DNA of 64,000 bases from positions 49,228,001 through 49,292,000 of the forward strand of contig OZ024752.1 in NCBI GenBank assembly GCA_964016885.1. Reading direction: 5' to 3'. Positions 28,680 to 44,510 of the stretch are shown here, piece by piece (within the stretch, counting starts at the first letter, position 1; the number at the start of each line of letters is the position of its first letter). Source of the DNA: Eledone cirrhosa. Its lineage: Eukaryota. The notes beneath the pieces were generated by a model. That model saw only the letters and a list, made by a program, of their open reading frames with translations, did not search any database and had not been told where the DNA came from. The translations under genes were made by a program, and so were the position numbers.

Positions 28680-29379
28680 AGGTGCGTGTTTGTATGTGTG
28701 TAGGTATGTGTGTGTGAGTGTATGTGTGTGTGTGTGTGTGTGTGTGCAGGTGTGTGTGCAAGTGTATGTGTGTGTGCTGGTGCGTGTGTATATGTGTGTT
28801 TGTGTTTGCATATGTGTGTGTGTGTGTGAATGTATGTGTATATGTTTGTATGTGTGTGTGTGTGCAGGTGCGTGTGTGTTTGTATATGTGTGGAGTGCAG
28901 GTGCGTGTGTGTTTGTATATGTGTGGAGTGCAGGTGTGTGTGTGCAGGTGCGTGTGTGAGTATATGTTTCTGTTTGTACGTGTGTGTGCAGGTGCGTTTG
29001 TGAGTGTATATGCGTGTGTGCAGGTGCGTGCGTTAATGTGTATGCGTGTGTGTGTGTGCAGGTGCGTGTGTGTATGTGTTTATGTTGCCTTTGTGTGCAT
29101 GTGTCCGTTTGTGATTATGTACGTATATATACGTACATAATGTATATATGCATGTGTAAATATATATATATATGTACATGTACACACACACACACACATA
29201 TGTGAGTGTATGTATAAGTACTTATTATTTTTTTAAACATAATGTATTTATTATACATGTGTATCTGCTCACGTATATATATTTATATATATACATATAT
29301 ATATATGCATGCATATATATATATATATTATATATATATATATACATATATATATAAATATATATATATATATGTATGT

Positions 29380-29487
<108 letters not shown>

Positions 29488-29498
29488 ATATATATATG

Positions 29499-29567
<69 letters not shown>

Positions 29568-29689
29568 TTATATTTTCCATCCATATTTTTCTAACCTATA
29601 TTTTTTCCCCATCATCTGTTTTTGTCACCTTTTTACAATATTTTAAAGGTTTATTTTCTTTTATTTCTTGTATATTTATTTTGGGGCGG

Positions 29690-32600
29690 TGGTGTGGTAT
29701 GGTGTCTAGTGGTGGTGTGTCTAGTGGTGGGGTGTCTAGTGGTGTGGTGTCTAGTGGTGTGGTGTCTGGTGGTGGGGTGTCTAGTGGTATGGTGTCTAGT
29801 GGTATGGTGTCTAGTGGTGGTGTGTCTAGTGGTGGGGTGTCTAGTGGTGGGGTGTCTAGTGGTATGGTGTCTAGTGGTATGGTGTCTAGTGGTGGTGTGT
29901 CTAGTGGTGTGGTGTCTAGTGGTGGGGTGTCTAGTGGTGTGGTGTCTAGTGGTATGGTGTCTAGTGGTGGGGTGTCTAGTGGTGGTGTGTCTAGTGGTGG
30001 GGTGTCTGGTGGTGGGGTGTCTAGTGGTATGGTGTCTAGTGGTGTGGTGTCTACTGGTGGGGTGTATAGTGGTGTGGTGTCTAGTGGTGGGGTGTCTAGT
30101 GGTGGTGTGTCTAGTGGTATGGTGTCTAGTGGTATGGTGTCTAGTGGTGGTGTGTCTAGTGGTGGGGTGTCTAGTGGTGTGGTGTCTAGTGGTGTGGTGT
30201 CTGGTGGTGGGGTGTCTAATGGTATGGTGTCTAGTGGTGGGGTGTCTAGTGGTATGGTGTCTAGTGGTGGGGTGTCTAGTGGTGGGGTGTCTAGTGGTAT
30301 GGTGTCTAGTGGTATGGTGTCTAGTGGTGGTGTGTCTAGTGGTGTGGTGTCTAGTGGTGGGGTGTCTAGTGGTGTGGTGTCTAGTGGTATGGTGTCTAGT
30401 GGTGGGGTGTCTAGTGGTGGTGTGTCTAGTGGTGGGGTGTCTGGTGGTGGGGTGTCTAGTGGTATGGTGTCTAGTGGTGTGGTGTCTACTGGTGGGGTGT
30501 ATAGTGGTGTGGTGTCTTGTGGTGTCTAGTGGTGGGGTGTCTAGTGGTGTGGTGTCTAGTGGTGTGGTGTCTTGTGGTGTCTAGTGGTGGGGTGTCTAGT
30601 GGTGTGGTGTCTAGTGGTGTGGTGTCTAGTGGTATGGTGTCTAGTGGTGGGGTGTCTAGTGGTGGGGTGTCTAGTGGTGGTGTGTCTAGTGGTATGGTGT
30701 CTAGTGGTATGGTGTCTAGTGGTGGGGTGTCTAGTGGTGGTGTGTCTAGTGGTATGGTGTCTAGTGGTATGGTGTCTAGTGGTGGTGTGTCTAGTGGTGG
30801 GGTGTCTAGTGGTGTGGTGTCTAGTGGTGTGGTGTCTGGTGGTGGGGTGTCTAATGGTATGGTGTCTAGTGGTGGGGTGTCTAGTGGTATGGTGTCTAGT
30901 GGTATGGTGTCTAGTGGTATGGTGTCTAGTGGTGTGGTGTCTAGTGGTGGGGTGTCTAGTGGTGTGGTGTCTAGTGGTGGGATGTCTAGTGGTATAGTGT
31001 CTAGTGGTGGGGTGTCTAGTGGTGTGGTGTCTAGTGGTGTGGTGTCTAGTGGTATGGTGTCTAGTGGTGTGGTGTCTAGTGGTATGGTGTCTAGTGGTGT
31101 GGTGTCTAGTGGTGTGGTGTCTAGTGGTGTGGTGTCTAGTGGTGGGGTGTCTAGTGGTGTGGTGTCTAGTGGTATGGTGTCTAGTGGTGTGGTGTCTAGT
31201 GGTATGGTGTCTAGTGGTGGGGTGTCTAGTGGTGTGGTGTCTAGTGGTGTGGTGTCTAGTGGTATGGTGTCTAGTGGTGTGGTGTCTAGTGGTATGGTGT
31301 CTGGGTGGTGGGGTGTCTAGTGGTGTGGTGTCTAGTGGTGGGGTGTCTAGTGGTGGGATGTCTAGTGGTGTGGTGTCTAGTGGTATGGTGCCATAGTGGT
31401 ATGGTGTCTAGTGGTGTGGTGTCTAGTGGTGGGGTGTTTAGTGGTGTGGTGTCTAGTGGTGTGGTGTCTAGTGGTATGGTGTCTAGTGGTGTGGTGTCTA
31501 GTGGTGTGGTGTCTAGTGGTGGGATGTCTAGTGGTGGGGTGTCTAGTGGTATGGTGTCTAGTGGTATGGTGTCTAGTGGTGTGGTGTCTAGTGGTGGGGT
31601 GTTTAGTGGTGTGGTGTCTAGTGGGGTGGTGTCTAGTGGTATGGTGTCTAGTGGTGTGGTGTCTAGTGGTATGGTGTCTAGTGGTGTGGTGTCTAGTGGT
31701 GGGATGTCTAGTGGTGGGGTGTCTAGTGGTATGGTGTCTAGTGGTATGGTGTCTAGTGGTGTGGTGTCTAGTGGTGGGGTGTTTAGTGGTGTGGTGTCTA
31801 GTGGTGTGGTGTCTAGTGGTATGGTGTCTAGTGGTGTGGTGTCTAGTGGTATGGTGTCTAGTGGTGTGGTGTCTAGTGGTGTGGTGTCTAGTGGTGTGGT
31901 GTCTAGTGGTGGGGTGTCTAGTGGTGTGGTGTCTAGTGGTATGGTGTCTAGTGGTGTGGTGTCTGGTGGTGTGGTGTCTAGTGGTGTGGTGTCTGGTGGT
32001 GTGGTGTCTAGTGGTGTGGTGTCTAGTGGTGGGGTGTCTAGTGGTGTGGTGTCTAGTGGTGTGGTGTCTAGTGGTGTGGTGTATAGTGGTATGGTGTCTA
32101 GTGGTGTTGTGTCTAGTGGTGTGGTGTCTAGTGGTATGGTGTCTAGTGGTGGGGTGTCTAGTGGTGTGGTGTCTAGTGGTGTGGTGTCTAGTGGTGGGTT
32201 GTCTAGTGGTGTGGTGTCTAGTGGTGTGGTGTCTAGTGGTGTGGTGTTTAGTGGTATGGTGTCTAGTGGTATGGTGTCTAGTGGTGGGGGTGTCTAGTGG
32301 TATAGTGTTTAGTGGTATGGTGTCTAGTGGTGGGGTGTCTAGTGGTGGGGTGTTTAGTGGTGGGGTGTCTAGTGGTGTGGTGTCTAGTGGTATGGTGTCT
32401 AGTGGTGGGGTGTCTGGTGGTGTGGTGTCTAGTGGTATGGTGTCTAGTGGTGTGGTGTTTAGTGGTATGGTGTCTAGTGGTGGGGTGTCTAGTGGTGGGG
32501 TGTCTGGTGGTGTGGTGTCTAGTGGTATGGTGTCTAGTGGTATGGTGTCTAGTGGTGGGGTGTTTAGTGGTATGGTGTCTAGTGGTGTGGTGTCTAGTGG

Positions 32601-35600
32601 TGTGGTGTCTAGTGGTGGGGTGTCTGGTGGTGTGGTGTCTTGTGGTGGGTTGTCTAGTGGTGTGGTGTCTAGTGGTATGGTGTCTAGTGGTGGGATGTCT
32701 AGTGGTATGGTGTCTAGTGGTGTGATGTCTAGTAAGTATGGTGTCTAGTGGTGGGGTGTCTAGTGGTGTGGTGTCTAGTGGTATGGTGTCAAGTGGTATG
32801 GTGTCTCGTGGTATGGTGTCTGGTGGTGTGGTGTCTAGTGGTGCGGTGTCTATTGGTATGGTGTCTAGTGGTGTGGTATATAGTGGTGTGGTGTATAGTG
32901 GTATGGTGTCTAGTGGTGTTGTGTCTAGTGGTGTGGTGTCTAGTGGTATGGTGTCTAGTGGTGGGGTGTCTAGTGGTGTGGTGTCTAGTGGTATGGTGTC
33001 TAGTGGTATGGTGTCTAGTGGTGTAGTGTCTAGTGGTATGGTGTCTAGTGGTATGGTGCCTAGTGGTGTGGTGTCTAGTGGTATGGTGTCTAGTGGTATG
33101 GTGTCTAGTGGTATGGTGTCTAGTGGTGTAGTGTCTAGTGGTATGGTGTCTAGTGGTGGGGTGTCTAGTGGTGTGGTGTCTAGTGGTATGGTGTCTAGTG
33201 GTGTGGTGTCTAGTGGTGTAGTGTCTAGTGGTATGGTGTCAAGTGGTATGGTGTCTAGTGGTGTGGTGTCTAGTGGTGTGGTGTCTAGTGGTGTAGTGTT
33301 TAGTGGTATGGTGTCTAGTGGTGGGGTGTCTAGTGGTGTGGTGTCTAGTGGTGTGGTGTCTAGTGGTATGTTGTCTAGTGGTGTGGTGTCTAGTGGTGTA
33401 GTGTCTAGTGGTATGGTGTCTAGTGGTGTGGTGTCTAGTGGTGTGGTGTCTAGTGGTGTGGTGTCTAGTGGTATGGTGTCAAGTGGTATGGTGTCTAGTG
33501 GTATGGTGTCTAGTGGTATGATGTCTAGTGGTATGGTGTCTAGTGGTGTGGTGTCTAGTGGTTTGGTGTCTAGTGGTGTGGTGTCTAGACACCATACCAC
33601 TAGACATCATACCACTGGTATGATGTCTAGTGGTATGGTGTCTAGTGGTGTGGTGTCTAGTGGTTTGGTGTCTAGTGGTGTGGTGTCTAGTGGTATGGTG
33701 TCTAGTGGTATGGTGTCTAGTGGTGTGGTGTCTAGTGGTGTGGTGTCTAGTGGTGTGGTGTCTAGTGGTGTGGTGTCTAGTGGTATGGTGTCTAGTGGTA
33801 TGGTGTCTAGTGGTGTGGTGTCTAGTGGTGTGGTGTCTAGTGGTGTGGTGTCTAGTGGTATGGTGTCTAGTGGTATGGTGTCTAGTGGTGTGGTGTCTAG
33901 TGGTGTGGTGTCTAGTGGTGGGATGTCTAGTGGTATGGTGCCTAGTGGTGTGGTGTCTAGTGGTATGGTGTCAAGTGGTATGGTGTCTAGTGGTATGGTG
34001 TCTAGTGGTATGGTGTCTAGTGGTGTGGTGTCTAGTGGTGGGATGTCTAGTGGTATGGTGCCTAGTGGTGTGATGTCTAGTGGTATGGTGTCTAGTGGTA
34101 TGGTGTCTAGTGGTATGGTGTCTAGTGGTGTGGTGTCTAGTGGTGTGGTGTCTAGTGGTGTGGTGTCTAGTGGTGTGGTGTCTGGTGGTATGGTGTCTAG
34201 TGGTGTGGTGTCTGGTGGTGTGGTGTCTAGTGGTATGGTGTCTAGTGGTGGGGTGTCTAGTGGTGTGGTGTCAGTCTGGTGGTATGGTGTCTAGTGGTGT
34301 GGTGTCTAGTGGTGTGGTGTCTAGTGGTGTGGTGTCTAGTGGTGTGGTGTCTAGTGGTGGGGTTTCTAGTGGTATGGTGTCTGGTAGTATGGTGTCTAGT
34401 GGTGTGGTGTATAGTGGTGTGGTGTCTAGTGGTGTGGTGTCTAGTGGTGTGGTGTCTAGTGGTGTGGTGTCTAGTGGTGTGGTGTCTAGTGGTGTGGTGT
34501 TTAGTGGTGGGGTGTCTAGTAGTATGGTGTCTAGTGCTATGGTGTCTAGTGGTATGGTGTCTAGTGGTGTGGTGTCTAGTGGTGTGGTGTCTAGTGGTGT
34601 GGTGTCTAGTGGTGTGGTGTCTTATGGTTGGGTGTCAGACACCCCTCCACTAGACACCATACCACTAGACACCATAGCACTAGACACCCCACCACTAGAC
34701 ACCATACAACTAGACACCGCACCACTAGACACCCCACCACTAGACACCCCACCACTAGACACCATAGCACTAGACACCATACTACTAGACACCCCACCAC
34801 TAAACACCACACCACTAGACACCACACCACTAGACACCATACCACTAGACACCACACCACTAGACACCATACCACTAGACACCACACCACTAGACACCAT
34901 ACCACTAGACACCATACCACTAGACACCACACCACTAGACACCACACCACTAGACACCATACCACTAGACACCACACCACTAGACACCATACCACTAGAC
35001 ACCATACCACTAGACACCACACCACTAGACACCACACCACTAGACACCATACCACTAGACACCACACCACTAGACACCCCACCACTAGACACTATACCAC
35101 TAGACACCACTAGACACCATACCACCAGACACCACACCACTAGACACCACACCACTAGACACCACACCACGAGACACCATACCACTAGACACCATACCAC
35201 TAGACACCATACCACTAGACACCACACCACTAGACAACATACCACCAGACACCACACCACTAGACACCACACCACTAGACACCATACCACCAGACACCAC
35301 ACCACTAGACACCATACCACCAGACACCACACCACTAGACACCACACCACTAGACACCACACCACTAGACACCCCACCACTAGACACCATACCACTAGAC
35401 ACCACACCACTAGACACCACACCACTAGACACCCCACCACTAGACACCATACCACTAGACACCATACCACTAGACACCCCACCACTAGACATCATACCAC
35501 TAGACACCATACCACTAGACACCATACCACTAGACACCCCACCACTAGACACCACACCACTAGACACCCCACCACTAGACACCATACCACTAGACACCAT

Positions 35601-35995
35601 ACCACTAGACACCCCACCACTAGACACCACACCACTAGACACCCCACCACTAGACACCATACCACTAGACACCATACCACTAGACACCCCACCACTAGAC
35701 ATCATACCACTAGACACCATACCACTAGACACCCCACCACTAGACACCCCACCACTAGACACCACACCACTAGACACCATACCACTAGACACCACACCAC
35801 TAGACACCACACCACTAGACACCCCACCACTAGACACCCCACCACTAGACACCCCACCACTAGACACCACACCACTAGACACCATACCACTAGACACCAC
35901 ACCACTAGACACCACACCACTAGACACCCCACCACTAGACACCACACCACTAGACACCCCACCACTAGTCTGGTGGTGTGGTGTCTAGTGGTGTC
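29690..35995. repeat. 15-bp satellite (GGTGTCTAGTGGT-gt/at/gg), ~420 copies, with strand inversions
   Basis: G-rich strand on plus to ~34636, C-rich 34638-35968, short inversion at 33586-33615; 435-bp higher-order duplication (ctact at 30051 and 30486). Confidence 0.95.
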
Positions 35996-36229
35996 CCGTC
36001 TCTCTGTAAGTTCTGAGTTCAAACTCTGCTGAGGTCAAAATCACATTTACTCCTTCTCCACCTCGGAAGGGGAGGAGAGTGTGTCAATAAAAGATAAAGT
36101 ACCAGTGAACTAATGGGGTAGATATAATCAACTGACCACCCCCCGACGCTCATCCCTTAAATTTTTAGCTTTGTTTATTTTTCTCTTCGGTTTTTGGTGA
36201 TGTTTATGTTGATGTTTTTTTGTTGTTGA

Positions 36230-36261
<32 letters not shown>

Positions 36262-36458
36262 ACGTTTTTGTTGTTGTTATTGTTGTTGACGTTTTTGTTT
36301 ATGTAAACATTCCTCCCCTCCCCTCAATCCACCTCGCCTCTGCCCCACTCCTCTTAAGCTGTCATCGATAGCTTCTGTTGTTTTTTTAAGTGCATGGGGA
36401 AAGAGTTTCACTGTTCCACCATCTTGTCATATCACACTCTCTCTCTCTCTCTCTCCTC

Positions 36459-36493
<35 letters not shown>

Positions 36494-36511
36494 CTCTCTC
36501 TCTCTCTCCTC

Positions 36512-36562
<51 letters not shown>

Positions 36563-36640
36563 ACCCTCTCTCTCTATATATATATATCTCCCTCTATCTC
36601 TCTATCTATCTCTTGCACTCACTCCAAATGATCTATCTAT

Positions 36641-36682
<42 letters not shown>

Positions 36683-36976
36683 AACACACACAAACACACA
36701 CGCACACACACAGAGACGCCCAAACACACATATATATATATATATACACACACACACAGACACACACACACGCACACACACACAGACGCCCAAACACACA
36801 TATATATATATACAGACACACACACACAGTCAGACACACAAACACACAAATACACACACACGCATATATATATATACACACAAGCAAACATGTATGTAGG
36901 GTGCCCCCACCAGAAAAAAAAATGTATACATACTTTGATAACCTGTAAAGCCATTATTTATTAGAATGGAGTTGTG

Positions 36977-37008
<32 letters not shown>

Positions 37009-37082
37009 TATATGTCTATTTATATATATATATGTATATACATATATATATATTTATATATATATATACACACATATATATT

Positions 37083-37121
<39 letters not shown>

Positions 37122-37283
37122 CAATAACACTATTGACATAGATATATACAACAAAGGAAACGTTTGTTTTTACTGTCAAATAGATTTATTATCTATTTAT
37201 CGATTTCTATGATTATCTATTTGTTTCTTTTGTGAATAAATACTAAATCACACACACATACATATATATATATACATATATAT

Positions 37284-37334
<51 letters not shown>

Positions 37335-37504
37335 TGCCTTTGAATGAAACAGTTCTAATCCTGTAGAACCCATTTATATATCAAATTTCATATATATATA
37401 TACACAAGAGATGTCAACATGAATGGACCTCTTATTTTTATCTAAAGACATTTTTTCCAATTCCAACCTGCCCGTCCCCTCAATCTATCTTATTTCTCAT
37501 TCTT

Positions 37505-37540
37505 TCTTCTGATGAAGGACTAGCGTCCGAAATGTTAAGA
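37505..37540 (+). ncRNA. Minimal hammerhead (family E, element ~37415-37625), slightly decayed
   Basis: tctt-CTGATGA-a ggac tagc gtcc-GAAA-tg-TT-aaga; homologous to 54500-54720 on the minus strand. Confidence 0.6.
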
Positions 37541-37656
37541 CCCTCTTCCTGCTATTATCAAGCGTTAACCTAATATATTCCTTCCATATACTGTACTGAT
37601 TGTGTTATTATTTTTGTTTACCTTTTACATACATACATATATATACACACATATAT

Positions 37657-37715
<59 letters not shown>

Positions 37716-37884
37716 GGGTGTCCCCAAAATATATACACACTTTGATGGCGTTTATAGGCAATATTTATAAGAATGATCTTGAAACGTGTATACATTTTTG
37801 GGGGACACCCTATATATATATATATATAGGGTATTCCCCCAGAATGTATACATTACTTTGGGGACACCCTGTATATATATATAA

Positions 37885-37967
<83 letters not shown>

Positions 37968-37985
37968 CATATATATATATATATA

Positions 37986-38087
<102 letters not shown>

Positions 38088-38180
38088 TTTATATATATAC
38101 ATATATTTATATATAAATATATATATATATACATATATTTATATATATATATACATATATATATATAAAGATATATATAA

Positions 38181-38213
<33 letters not shown>

Positions 38214-38688
38214 AAGATATATATATACACACATATATATATATATGTGTGTGTGTATATATATATATAATTGTTTAACGGACTGTCTCGTTTAAGAGAC
38301 CCCGGGGGAGGGGAAGGGGGGAAGGAACGTGTGTTTCGATCACACAGAACTGATTTTTGGCCTGGTTTCTACGACTGGATGTCCTTCCTAGTGCCAAACA
38401 CATTTACAGTGTGGACTGAGTGGTTGTTTTTTGTTGTGTCACCAGCACGACGACTTTACTGTGGTCAAGGCTGGGCACCTTTTGTCGTGTCACCAGCACG
38501 ACCTATACGGAATAAGCAGAAAGAATTGTTCTCCACCGGTTTCGACGGGGACTGTCCTAGTTCTTTCAACAACAGAATATATACATATATACATCCATAT
38601 ATACAAACATACATACATATATACATGCATATATATATATATACATGCATATATATATATACATTGATTCTTATATATATATGTATAT

Positions 38689-38743
<55 letters not shown>

Positions 38744-38944
38744 TACATGTATATATATATACATATTTATATAGATACATATATACACTCATATATGTTT
38801 ATACAAGTGTATATATGTGTGTTTACATGTATATAATTATTTAGATATATATAAATATGCATGTATGTGTATGAGTGTGTGTACATATATATATACGCTA
38901 ATCTATCTATATATACATATATATATATATATATAAATATATAT

Positions 38945-38988
<44 letters not shown>

Positions 38989-39121
38989 TGCTCATTTAAA
39001 TATATATAATTGTGTATGATGTATATATACTAATTTAAATATATAAAGATATGTGTGTGTGTATGTATATACTAATTTTGATATATAAATATATGTATGT
39101 GTATATATATATGTATATACG

Positions 39122-39199
<78 letters not shown>

Positions 39200-39332
39200 T
39201 ATGCGATATTAAATAAATGGAAACTATATAGAAATTTAAATAAAACTTTGCATATATGCATATATATATATATATATATTTCTGCGTGTATGTATGTTAA
39301 TTTATATTTATATATGTGTGTGTGTATACTAA

Positions 39333-39389
<57 letters not shown>

Positions 39390-39576
39390 GTATATGACGG
39401 AAAAAATATCTTTTTAGACAGGCGTTGGACTAGTTTTAACTATTTTAAATATATTTCATCAAAAAACATTTTCAACCTGTTTAAAACAGCTACAAAGATG
39501 TTTCTAAACCCATAATTTAACCAACTTTCAAATTCACATTATCATGACTGTTATTTACTTATTCTTGTAGTATGTA

Positions 39577-39655
39577 CAGGATGTCCCCCAAAATTGTATA
39601 CATACTTTGATTAGAATGCTGTTGAAATGTGTATATATTTTTGGGGGACACTCTG
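39577..39655. mobile_element. Tc1/mariner MITE
   Basis: ta-caggatgtccccc ... gggggacactctg-ta. Confidence 0.75.
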
Positions 39656-39679
39656 TATATATCTGTCTTCTGAAACATG

Positions 39680-39713
<34 letters not shown>

Positions 39714-39717
<4 letters not shown>

Positions 39718-39915
39718 GTTATTCCGGGTTGAATCGGAGGTAACCACAGTAAGGCACTCAATACATTGCAGAGTATAAAAGTTTTAATATAGATGAGATT
39801 CTACAGGACTAGAACTGTTTCATTCTTTAGAAATCATCAGGAATCATCAGGGATTCCTGATGATTTCTAAAGAATGAAACAGTTCTAGTCCTGTAGAATC
39901 TCATCTATATTAAAA

Positions 39916-39916
<1 letters not shown>
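39714..39916 (-). mobile_element. Family A element with 65-bp inverted arm and two intact hammerheads
   Basis: Arms 39781-39845 and 39852-39916; ribozymes at 39797-39845 (minus) and 39852-39900 (plus). Confidence 0.8.
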
Positions 39917-40013
<97 letters not shown>

Positions 40014-40296
40014 CCTTATTTGTCATCAAAGTCTATTCATTTATTTTTGAATGTCTTCAAAAGAAATTTTCCAAATATTCTCAACTATTATCTTCAGTGG
40101 TCGACTGTTCTTACAGTTATTTTCCGCATTTGGGACTCACACATATACAAATATGTATGTATATATATATGTATATATATATATATATAGTACGACCCCC
40201 TTATGTTAGAACCTGGCCGTAAATGGACTCCAGAAGGGTCTCCAATGTCTGTAATACCTACCACAAGGCCACTGATACACACACACATATATATAC

Positions 40297-40358
<62 letters not shown>

Positions 40359-40619
40359 ACCTATCTATCTATCTATCTAGAGGGAAGACAGGAACACCTA
40401 CAAAACGTGTTCCTGGTGTTGAGGGTTGTTCCATCCACGGGGTATAACACAACCCTGCAGTGACGTTCCCCCCTATTGGGGATTTCAATTGTTATTTTAT
40501 TATATATAGTTTATTGTTATTTATTAATGTTAAAGTTATTTTTATGTAAAACCCCTGCCGTCACGTCTTGTAATGTCCCCTTTTTGTATGCCCCTGTGGC
40601 AAATAAAGAAAGATATCTA

Positions 40620-40650
<31 letters not shown>

Positions 40651-40667
40651 ATCTATCTATCTATCTA

Positions 40668-40714
<47 letters not shown>

Positions 40715-40756
40715 TAGAATGTTGTTGAAGTGTGTATACATTTTTGGGGGGTACCC

Positions 40757-40853
<97 letters not shown>

Positions 40854-41078
40854 ATATATACATATATATATATTGTTATATATACATATATATATATTGT
40901 TATATATACATATATATATATTGTTATATATATATATATATATATATTGTTATATATATATATATTGTTATATATACATATATATATATTGTTATATATA
41001 TATATATATATATTGTTATATATATATATATTGTTATATATATATATATATATATTGTTATATATATATATATATATA

Positions 41079-41406
<328 letters not shown>

Positions 41407-41521
41407 ATTAGAAAATATAATTAAATATATTTAATTAGAAAAGATAACTGCTCCATTACCAAATGTTTCTGGGTCCCAGACAATATCAATATATGTCTGG
41501 ATCGGTCATTAGACAGAGATG

Positions 41522-41589
<68 letters not shown>

Positions 41590-41664
41590 CAAAGGCATGT
41601 ATTGAGTTAGAAACTCAAAATAGTCTCTTACGATTTGAACACATATATGTATATGTCTGTGTTC

Positions 41665-41980
<316 letters not shown>

Positions 41981-41988
41981 ACACATAT

Positions 41989-42075
<87 letters not shown>

Positions 42076-42478
42076 AATATATATATATAATGTTTGATAT
42101 GAAAAACGTCCCGTAAAGCGTAATGATTGGTTTGGAAGTCTTTCTCCTGTTTAAAGCTACGTGTAGTCAGTGTGTCCGCAGTGTGTGTGTGTGTCTATTG
42201 TGTGTGTGTGTGTGTGTATGTCTGCTGTGTGTGTGTGTGTGTGTGTTAGCCTGTCGACCGGGCAGAACAGTCAACACCACTTCCTTCCATCTAACACTGA
42301 GTTCAAAACCCGCCGAGGTTGACTTTGCCTTTCATCCTTACGGGGTCGATAAAATAAAGTACCAGTAATACACTGGGATAATTGCTGGCCTTGTGCCAAA
42401 AGTAGAAACAATTAGATATATATATACACTATATATATATACAAGCACAACACACACGCACAGGCATGTATGTATATA

Positions 42479-42606
<128 letters not shown>

Positions 42607-42758
42607 AAAATATGGGGAGAAGAATACTGCATGGTTGCACATGGATAACATGTTATAAAATGAGTCCCTCATCAGTGATTTACCAACGGTCATAGGTATT
42701 TCATTGCATTAAAAATCATATACCTCACGTATATATATATATACACACATACACACAC

Positions 42759-42806
<48 letters not shown>

Positions 42807-42953
42807 ACACACACACATATATATGTATATATTGAACCTGCCTTGGAGAGAAATTTGGGTTGTCATCGCACCACATGTACACACGTGCACAGAAGTACAC
42901 ACACACACATACACACACACACGTGTGTTTGTGTGTGTGTGTGTACATTTGCT

Positions 42954-42988
<35 letters not shown>

Positions 42989-43469
42989 TCAATCGATAAT
43001 CAATCATCCACATTAGTACTTGACAGGTATAATATTTTATCGACCCCCCGTAAGGATGAATTGTAAAACTAAACCCCGGCGGGATTTAAACCCAGAACGT
43101 AAAGGGCCGTAAATCAGTATCACACGGCATGTTGTCCGACGCTCTACCGATACTGTCAATCCAATAATAACCATAATGGATTCTTTATTAGCCACACAGG
43201 GTTTACATTAAGAAGACAATAAATACGGTACAGAACAAAACAATGAGGTTTTTTTGGGGGGGGTAAGAAAAAGGTTTATAAAGAAAACTAAAAAAAAAAT
43301 ATACATTAAAAAAATTAAAATAATAATAAAGTGCACCGCCTGATGGCCTGGGTATCGAACTTAGGATCATAAAATCGTGGGTTGTAATTTTGTCCCAGAT
43401 GACACGTTGTGTTCCAGATCATGATGCTTCATTTTTCGTTGCTTTTATGGGTCTTTTATGGGTCTTTTA

Positions 43470-43850
43470 GGGCCCTTATCATTAAAGTACCAGAAAAACC
43501 TTCTGTGCAATGCGACCTAGTATGAGGTCCGCTAAACTTACACATGATAAGACTGGGGTCATTTATCATTAAAATACCTGAAAAGTCTCCTATGAAATAC
43601 CACTTAGTAGGAGGCCTTGCTAAACTTACCTCATTGTGAGCTCTAACAACATGATAGGACTGGGGTCATTTATCATTAAAATACCTGAAAATCTGTCTAT
43701 GATATATCACCTAGTAGGAGGCCCTGCTAAACGTACACAGATGTGAGCTGTAACAACATGATAGGACTGGGGTCATTTGTCATTAAAATATCTGAAAAAC
43801 TTCCTAAGATATACCATCTAGTAGAGGAGGCCCTGCTAAACTTGTACACA
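43470..43850. repeat. ~107-bp diverged tandem repeat, 3-4 copies
   Basis: atgata(a/g)gactggggtcattt at 43544, 43651 and 43758. Confidence 0.8.
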
Positions 43851-43972
43851 TGAGACAGGTGCGAGCTATAAATTTCATCTTCTTTTTTCTGCATTTAGCT
43901 GTTGTATAGAAAGAGCAGCCTAGTTCCCTTCGTCGACACACAGGGTCAGGTTTGTTGCTAAACAACAACAGT

Positions 43973-44019
<47 letters not shown>

Positions 44020-44297
44020 TCTTTCAGATATTTAGTCGCGCCCTTCAGCGATCGGAGTTCAAATAGCGCCGGGTTCAATATTTGTCTATCATTTCACGTC
44101 CTATGAAAGTGTCCTTGCTCCTTGCGTCAGTTTATTTCAATAAAATATGTAGTGGTTATATATACTAAAATCGATTATATTTGTCCATAATCGATATATC
44201 GTAAATATCGATTATATGCAGTGTTCGATTCTAGTTTCCTCTTCGTTACATCATTTGATGTGGTTTGGCTGGCAGAATCATTAGAGTGTCAGACAAA

Positions 44298-44298
<1 letters not shown>

Positions 44299-44328
<30 letters not shown>

Positions 44329-44510
44329 CTTCTTCTTCTTCTTCTTCTTCTTTTTCTTCTTCTCTTTCTTCTTCTTCTTCTTCTTCTTCTTCTTCTTCTT
44401 CCTGGGAGGGTCGTGTGGAACAGAGTCCTCAAAAACTCCTTCCAGCGGGTCCCGTCAGAAGTAACCATCTCCAGCTGGATCCCTAAGCTTGACCAGCCAA
44501 GCTCATGGAT
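44299..44510 (-). mobile_element. RTE-like LINE 3' end with (GAA)n tail, inserted in a SINE
   Basis: Minus strand reads IHELGWSSLGIQLEMVTSDGTRWKEFLRTL, then (GAA)n; SINE A box at ~44268 and B box at ~44541 lie on either side. Confidence 0.6.

Noticed and set aside
29690-35995. Telomeric or interstitial telomeric repeat
   Set aside because: The unit is 15 bp and not TTAGGG
39450-39490. YFIKKHFQPV resembling a GIY-YIG terminal motif
   Set aside because: Too short, frameshifted and AT-biased to support
42660-42710. CTGATGA and GAAA on the minus strand
   Set aside because: The order and pairing fit no hammerhead topology
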